Origin: Gammaproteobacteria bacterium
Lineage (GTDB): Bacteria > Pseudomonadota > Gammaproteobacteria > Magnimaribacterales > D2472
Direction of reading: 5' to 3'
DNA length: 64,000 nucleotides
NCBI GenBank assembly: GCA_045563715.1
Contig: JBJLIP010000001.1
Location: 129,131 to 193,130, forward strand
Shown: positions 59,040 through 64,000 of the stretch, in pieces
Layout of the letters: each line of letters begins with the position of its first letter
How positions within the stretch are numbered: position 1 is the first letter of the stretch
The notes under the pieces: generated by a model
What the model was told of the DNA's origin: nothing
Seen by the model: only the letters and a program-made list of their open reading frames with translations
Database searches by the model: none
Translations under genes and position numbers: made by a program

Positions 59040-60698
59040 ATGGATAATCCAATAGACAAATATTCAGCATTTAAGCCAATAGATTTAGCTAATAGAAAAT
59101 GGCCTAACAAAATCTTAAAAGAATCACCTATTTGGTGCTCAGTCGATTTGCGCGACGGTAATCAAGCATTAATAGAGCCAATGGGTTCTGAGAGGAAAGA
59201 TAGGATGTTTGCATTGCTATGCAAGCTTGGATTTAAAGAGATTGAAATTGGATTTCCTTCAGCATCTCAAACTGATTTTGATTTTGTAAGAGATCTCATT
59301 GAAAATAAAAAAATTCCCTCTGACGTTAACATTCAAGTACTTACTCAGGCTAGAGAAGAGTTAATAAAGAAAACTTTTGAGTCATTAAAAGGAGCATCTA
59401 AAGCAATAATTCATTTCTATAATTCAACTTCAACTCTTCAAAGAAAAGTTGTTTTTGATCAAGATAAAGAAGGTATAAAAAAAATTGCTACTAATGCTGC
59501 ATTATTAATAAAAGATTTAGCAGAAAAAAATCAAGAAACAGAGTGGAGTTTTGAATACTCACCTGAAAGCTTTACTGGAACTGAGCTTGAATATGCTAGA
59601 GAGGTTTGTGATGAAGTCGTTGAGATTCTTAAACCTGTATCGAAAAATAAGATCATCATAAATCTGCCTGCAACAGTTGAGATGTCGACGCCAAATATTT
59701 ATGGAGATCAAATTGAATGGATGCACGAAAATCTTCTAAATAGGAGTGATATTTGTTTAAGTCTCCATCCGCACAATGATCGAGGTACTGCAGTAGCTGC
59801 ATCAGAATTTGGGCTCATGGCTGGAGCAGATAGAGTTGAGGGGACGCTTTTTGGAAATGGAGAAAGGACAGGAAATGTGGACATTGTAACAATTGCTTTA
59901 AATATGCTTACACAGGGGATTGATCCAAAATTAGATTTCTCTAATATAAACTCTGTCATGAGAGAGGTTGAATATTGCAATCAATTGCCTGTTCATCCAA
60001 GACATCCTTATGCAGGGGATCTTGTTTTTACAGCATTCTCTGGATCTCATCAGGATGCAATTAAGAAGGGTTTTAAGGCAATAAAGGAATCTAATAATCC
60101 AAAGTGGGAAGTTCCTTATCTGCCTATTGACCCTGCAGATTTAGGAAGAAGTTATGAAGCAGTAGTTAGAATCAATTCACAATCTGGCAAAGGAGGAGTT
60201 GCATTTTTGCTAGAAAAAGATCATGGAGTGTCTTTACCGCGAAGACTACAAATAAGTTTAAGTCAAAAAATACAAAAACTTGCTGACGAAACAGGAAAAG
60301 AAATCACTAGCTCTCAAATCTGGGAGATTTTTGAAACTAATTACCTAAAGCCTAAGAATAATTTTTCATATATCAAGCATTCTTCAACATCTGATGGTGA
60401 TTTACACTCCTTGGCACTAGAAATGAATATGGATTCTAATGCAGTCAAGATCAAAGGTACTGGTAATGGTCCAATCGATTCATTTGTAAATGGACTTTCA
60501 GATCAACTAGGATTTAATATTAAAGTTGCTGATTACCATCAAACAGCCATATCTTCAGGCTCTGATGCAAAAGCTGCTGCCTACATTGAGCTTGAAAAAG
60601 ATGGTGAGACCTTTTGGGGAGTTGGTATTCACCCAAATACAACTAGAGCTTCATTTGATTCAATAATTGTTGGATTGAGTAAGCTTTTAACTAGCTAG
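59040..60698 (+). CDS. leuA: 2-isopropylmalate synthase (long LeuA type)
   Basis: 552 aa. N-terminal WCSVDLRDGNQAL, HPHNDRGTAVA, and a C-terminal LeuA dimerisation/regulatory domain. Confidence 0.93.
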   Translation: MDNPIDKYSAFKPIDLANRKWPNKILKESPIWCSVDLRDGNQALIEPMGSERKDRMFALLCKLGFKEIEIGFPSASQTDFDFVRDLIENKKIPSDVNIQVLTQAREELIKKTFESLKGASKAIIHFYNSTSTLQRKVVFDQDKEGIKKIATNAALLIKDLAEKNQETEWSFEYSPESFTGTELEYAREVCDEVVEILKPVSKNKIIINLPATVEMSTPNIYGDQIEWMHENLLNRSDICLSLHPHNDRGTAVAASEFGLMAGADRVEGTLFGNGERTGNVDIVTIALNMLTQGIDPKLDFSNINSVMREVEYCNQLPVHPRHPYAGDLVFTAFSGSHQDAIKKGFKAIKESNNPKWEVPYLPIDPADLGRSYEAVVRINSQSGKGGVAFLLEKDHGVSLPRRLQISLSQKIQKLADETGKEITSSQIWEIFETNYLKPKNNFSYIKHSSTSDGDLHSLALEMNMDSNAVKIKGTGNGPIDSFVNGLSDQLGFNIKVADYHQTAISSGSDAKAAAYIELEKDGETFWGVGIHPNTTRASFDSIIVGLSKLLTS

Positions 60699-61468
60699 TC
60701 AAAATCAGGCTCTCTCTTTTCAAAAAAAGCTTTTACTGCTTCTCGATTCTGAGAGCTAACTGTAAGTTCATTTTGGATTTCAGCTTCATCATGAAAAGTG
60801 TCCCAATAACTAACGTGTAAAGACTCTCTCATCAATCTTTTTGTATGGTTAAGAGATTGTGAAGACCTTTTTGCTAAATGTTCAGCCCAGGTATATGTTG
60901 TGCTTTCTAATTCCTCTAACGGTACCACTTTATTGGCAATGCCGTACTTCAAGCAATCATGAGCTGATATTTTTTTAGCCTCAATTGCATGCTCATATGC
61001 TTTTGAAAATCCCATATACTTTGGCAGGTACCACGATAAACCACCATCTGGAACTAATGCGATATTACTAAAAACAGATAAAATATAACTATCATCTGAC
61101 ATCACTCTAAGATCACAAGACATTGCAATTGCAGCTCCAATTCCTGCAGCAGGTCCTGCAATTGAACCAATAACTGGTTTTGGCATTTCAATTATATTTT
61201 TAAAAAAAGGTTTATAACCTCTTATCAAAGCATCCTTTGATCCTTTCCAGCTTGCACTTCTCTCACTTAAATCAGCACCAGCAGAAAAACCTCTTCCTGA
61301 TCCTGTTAATATAACAACTCTGATATCATCATCATTTTTAACATCTTCGGTTGCCTCTTGAAAGTCCCACACAAGCTGTTCATTAACCGCATTTAAAAGC
61401 TTAGGTCTGTTAAGCTTTATTGTTGCTACTTTGCCCTTCTTATCTAATTCAATAGTTTCTAGATTCAT
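60695..61468 (-). CDS. Enoyl-CoA hydratase/isomerase (crotonase family)
   Basis: 257 aa. Oxyanion-hole motifs (VILTGSGRGFSAGADL; GSIAGPAAGIGAAIAMSCD). Confidence 0.88.
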   Translation of the reverse strand: MNLETIELDKKGKVATIKLNRPKLLNAVNEQLVWDFQEATEDVKNDDDIRVVILTGSGRGFSAGADLSERSASWKGSKDALIRGYKPFFKNIIEMPKPVIGSIAGPAAGIGAAIAMSCDLRVMSDDSYILSVFSNIALVPDGGLSWYLPKYMGFSKAYEHAIEAKKISAHDCLKYGIANKVVPLEELESTTYTWAEHLAKRSSQSLNHTKRLMRESLHVSYWDTFHDEAEIQNELTVSSQNREAVKAFFEKREPDFD

Positions 61469-61481
61469 GTTTACTCCCCGA

Positions 61482-62438
61482 TTATCTTTTTGAAATTAAA
61501 ATATGGCCATTTGTATATGTTATTTGACCGCTAGCTTCTTCTTTATCAGATCGAGACCATTCAACCTTTGATTTTGGTCCAGGATTTGAATTTACAAAAG
61601 TTTTAATTATTTCTTCAATTATTTTACTGTTAGGTGCAGCAATATTACATTTTTTAATTGAGTATCTTAAAACATCTGAAATTACAGGGTTTGATAACTC
61701 TCTAAGTTTTTTTAAATCAATAGAGTTAGTTATTAAATCATTATATTTCTCGTGCATTAAATAGGAATAACTATTATTTCTATCTTTTATAATTTTTGAA
61801 AAGTTATTAATTCTATTTGGAAAGTTATTCCATTTTCTTTCTAGCATAGGAAATATCTCATTTCTTAAATAATTTCTATCAAAATCATTACTTAGATTTG
61901 AATCGTCTTCAATATAATCAATATTATTTATATTTAAATAATCTAATATCTGTTTTTTTGATATTTCCAGAAAGGGTCTTATTAATACCCCCTTCCCTAG
62001 GGACCTTTGTAGTTTTGGCCCCTCCATTCCGTCTGGGCCAGTTCCCCTTAGAAGTCTCATAAATAATGTCTCTGCAACATCATCACTGTGATGCCCTAAT
62101 AGTAATTGATCGCCTGCATTTAGTATCTTTTCAAAAACTCTGTATCTGGCCTTCCTTGATGCTGATTCTAGTCCACCTCCATCAACTTTAATCTCGATTG
62201 ATTCAGTAATTAAATTAATGTTTAATTTTGAGCAGGTCTCAATACAATGATTTTCCCACATGGCTGAATGTTTAGACAAATTATGATTTATATGGATTGC
62301 CTTAACATCAATCTCTTGATAAGCCTTTAAAGACGATAAAAGATGAACTAATGCAGTTGAATCTGGGCCTCCACTATAACCAATAAGGATGCCTTTGTTG
62401 AGATTTGTATGTTCTCTAATTAGACTTTCTGTTAGCAA
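61482..62438 (-). CDS. tilS: tRNA(Ile)-lysidine synthase, short form
   Basis: 318 aa. PP-loop SGGPDS (IGYSGGPDSTALVHLL). It lacks the extra C-terminal domain present in the ~430-aa E. coli enzyme. Confidence 0.88.
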   Translation of the reverse strand: MLTESLIREHTNLNKGILIGYSGGPDSTALVHLLSSLKAYQEIDVKAIHINHNLSKHSAMWENHCIETCSKLNINLITESIEIKVDGGGLESASRKARYRVFEKILNAGDQLLLGHHSDDVAETLFMRLLRGTGPDGMEGPKLQRSLGKGVLIRPFLEISKKQILDYLNINNIDYIEDDSNLSNDFDRNYLRNEIFPMLERKWNNFPNRINNFSKIIKDRNNSYSYLMHEKYNDLITNSIDLKKLRELSNPVISDVLRYSIKKCNIAAPNSKIIEEIIKTFVNSNPGPKSKVEWSRSDKEEASGQITYTNGHILISKR

Positions 62439-62441
62439 TAT

Positions 62442-64000
62442 TTATATCTCTACTATATCTTTACCAAATACATCTTCAAGTGAAAAAAAGCTTTCAAGGG
62501 AAGGTGTAAATTTAAATTCATCTCCAATCTCTATTATAGCCTCTGATTGTTCTGAAGTTACTCTAACATTTAGCCGGCATGATCCATTTTTCCAAAAATC
62601 TTTATCAAATGCATCAAGGTATTCTGAAAACTTTGTTAATGAGCTAGCATTTGAGCTATTTATATCAATTGTTACTTCTTTAACTCTTTTATTAAGAATA
62701 GAGTCAACAGTGAGGACTTCTTTAACCCTCATTCTAAACATTAAACTTCCTAAGTCTCCAGTTCTGTAATCATCCACCTCTACTGTTCCCTTAAGAGATA
62801 AAATCTCACCCTCTTTCAAAATATTATGACAGCTCTCCAAGGTTTCACTTGATACTATGCCATCCATACTTCCAGTTCCATCATTAAAGTTAATGAAAGT
62901 TAGTGGCTTGCCTTTTCTATCTTTGATTTGCCTAACGCTATTGATTAAGCATATTAAAGAAGCAGTTTTTGTATCATTTGATAATTCACTAATCTTTTTT
63001 GATCTTATCTTTCTTATTTTATTTTCAATTGCTGTAACTGGATGTCCAGATAAGTAATACCCCAAAGATTTCTTTTCTAATTCTAGCTTTTCTGTGAGAG
63101 TTAGAGGGGTGATGTTCTCATATTTTTCATATGGATTAAAATTATCATCTATTGAAGAAAATAAATCGCCGCTTTGAAGTCCTGAATTGTTGTTACTGGC
63201 TCCATCTCTAAGCATATCTTGAACAGATTTAATTGCTATTGTTCTAGATGGTGCAAGACAGTCAAATGCTCCAGCTTGAGATAAGGCTTCTAGAGATTTT
63301 TTACCACCTAATTTAATATCAACTTTTTTTGAAAAGTTCCACAAATCTTTAAAATGATTCTCATTCCTGATCGAACAAACATGATTTATAAAAGCATCTG
63401 CGACACCTTTTATTGCACCCAATCCGTATTCAATATCTAGATCTTTATTAACAATAAACCTCTTCATTGAGGTTTGTATATTTGGATTAAGCACATTGAT
63501 CTTCATACGAGAACACTCTTGAATCAAAGCATGAATTTTATCTGTATTCCCGAGCTCAGATGAAAGAACAGCTGCCATAAAGTGCTCAGGATAATATGTT
63601 TTAAGATACGCTGTTTGATATGAGATTAGTGCATATGCTGCAGAATGAGATTTATTGAAACCATATTCAGCAAACTGATTGATTAAATCAAATATTTGTT
63701 CAGCATTTTTTGGCGCGATATTGTTATTTTCACAACCTTTAACAAATATTTCTCTTTGTTCTTCCATTTCTTCTTTCTTCTTTTTACCCATTGCACGTCT
63801 CAGAATATCAGCCTGGCCTAATGAAAAACCTGCCAATACCCTAGCTGCTTCCATTACCTGTTCTTGATAGACTATTACTCCATAGGTCTCTTCTAAAACT
63901 GATTCAAGTAACTTGTGCGGGTATGTAACCGGGCTTTTCCCATGTTTTCTATCTACAAACTCATCATGCATACCAGAATTTAAAGGGCCTGGTCTATAAA
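62442..64000 (-). CDS. dnaE: DNA polymerase III alpha subunit, C-terminal part (partial; 5' end beyond window)
   Basis: The reading frame stays open to the window edge (..YRPGPLNSGMHDEFVDRKHGK.., VYQEQVM, FNKSHSAAYA), followed by the OB-fold and C-terminal tau-binding region. Confidence 0.93.
   Translation of the reverse strand, partial: YRPGPLNSGMHDEFVDRKHGKSPVTYPHKLLESVLEETYGVIVYQEQVMEAARVLAGFSLGQADILRRAMGKKKKEEMEEQREIFVKGCENNNIAPKNAEQIFDLINQFAEYGFNKSHSAAYALISYQTAYLKTYYPEHFMAAVLSSELGNTDKIHALIQECSRMKINVLNPNIQTSMKRFIVNKDLDIEYGLGAIKGVADAFINHVCSIRNENHFKDLWNFSKKVDIKLGGKKSLEALSQAGAFDCLAPSRTIAIKSVQDMLRDGASNNNSGLQSGDLFSSIDDNFNPYEKYENITPLTLTEKLELEKKSLGYYLSGHPVTAIENKIRKIRSKKISELSNDTKTASLICLINSVRQIKDRKGKPLTFINFNDGTGSMDGIVSSETLESCHNILKEGEILSLKGTVEVDDYRTGDLGSLMFRMRVKEVLTVDSILNKRVKEVTIDINSSNASSLTKFSEYLDAFDKDFWKNGSCRLNVRVTSEQSEAIIEIGDEFKFTPSLESFFSLEDVFGKDIVEI

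Overview
This is an AT-rich (about one-third G+C by eye), very gene-dense bacterial chromosomal window using the standard code. Almost every ORF is a recognisable housekeeping gene, arranged in blocks that match gammaproteobacterial (E. coli / Pseudomonas-type) synteny.

Gene order:
- kdsD-lptA-lptB-rpoN, then mgtE
- yhdP-like with mreDCB on the minus strand
- gatCAB
- a small acyl-CoA / nitroreductase / selO insert
- prmC-prfA-hemA, divergent from lolB-ispE-tRNAGln-prs-rplY-pth-ychF-tRNAMet
- an ~18 kb minus-strand array: carAB-greA-rlmE-ftsH-glmM-tpiA-secG, then tRNAfMet-rimP-nusA-infB-rbfA-truB-rpsO-pnp
- map-glnD-dapD-dapE
- a POT peptide transporter
- RDD, and lptGF divergent from pepA-valS
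- elaA-like GNAT, gpx, rimI-holD-like, leuA, a crotonase, tilS, and the 3' part of dnaE

I saw four tRNAs (Gln-UUG, elongator Met-CAU, initiator fMet-CAU, Leu-GAG). I saw no rRNA, CRISPR array, transposase, integrase or obvious mobile element.

The compaction, the missing genes and the shortened proteins fit a streamlined free-living marine gammaproteobacterium (SAR86-like composition). That attribution is inference only.

I did not find a convincing multi-gene novel system such as a defence island. The most unexplained locus is a tandem pair of paralogous ~75-aa hydrophobic proteins in a small islet between tRNA-Met and pnp. Other observations:
- ValRS lacks its C-terminal ~190 aa.
- The YhdP-like protein and LptA are reduced in size.
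- Several canonical operon members are lost: kdsC/lptC, hpf/ptsN, maf/rng, folP, holC, accA.
- Six convergent gene pairs share overlapping stop codons.
- hemA and lolB overlap head-to-head at their start codons.
- tRNA-Leu is inverted relative to secG.
- A few candidate regulatory motifs are present.

All functional calls rest on reading the translated ORFs for motifs and synteny. No database search was run.
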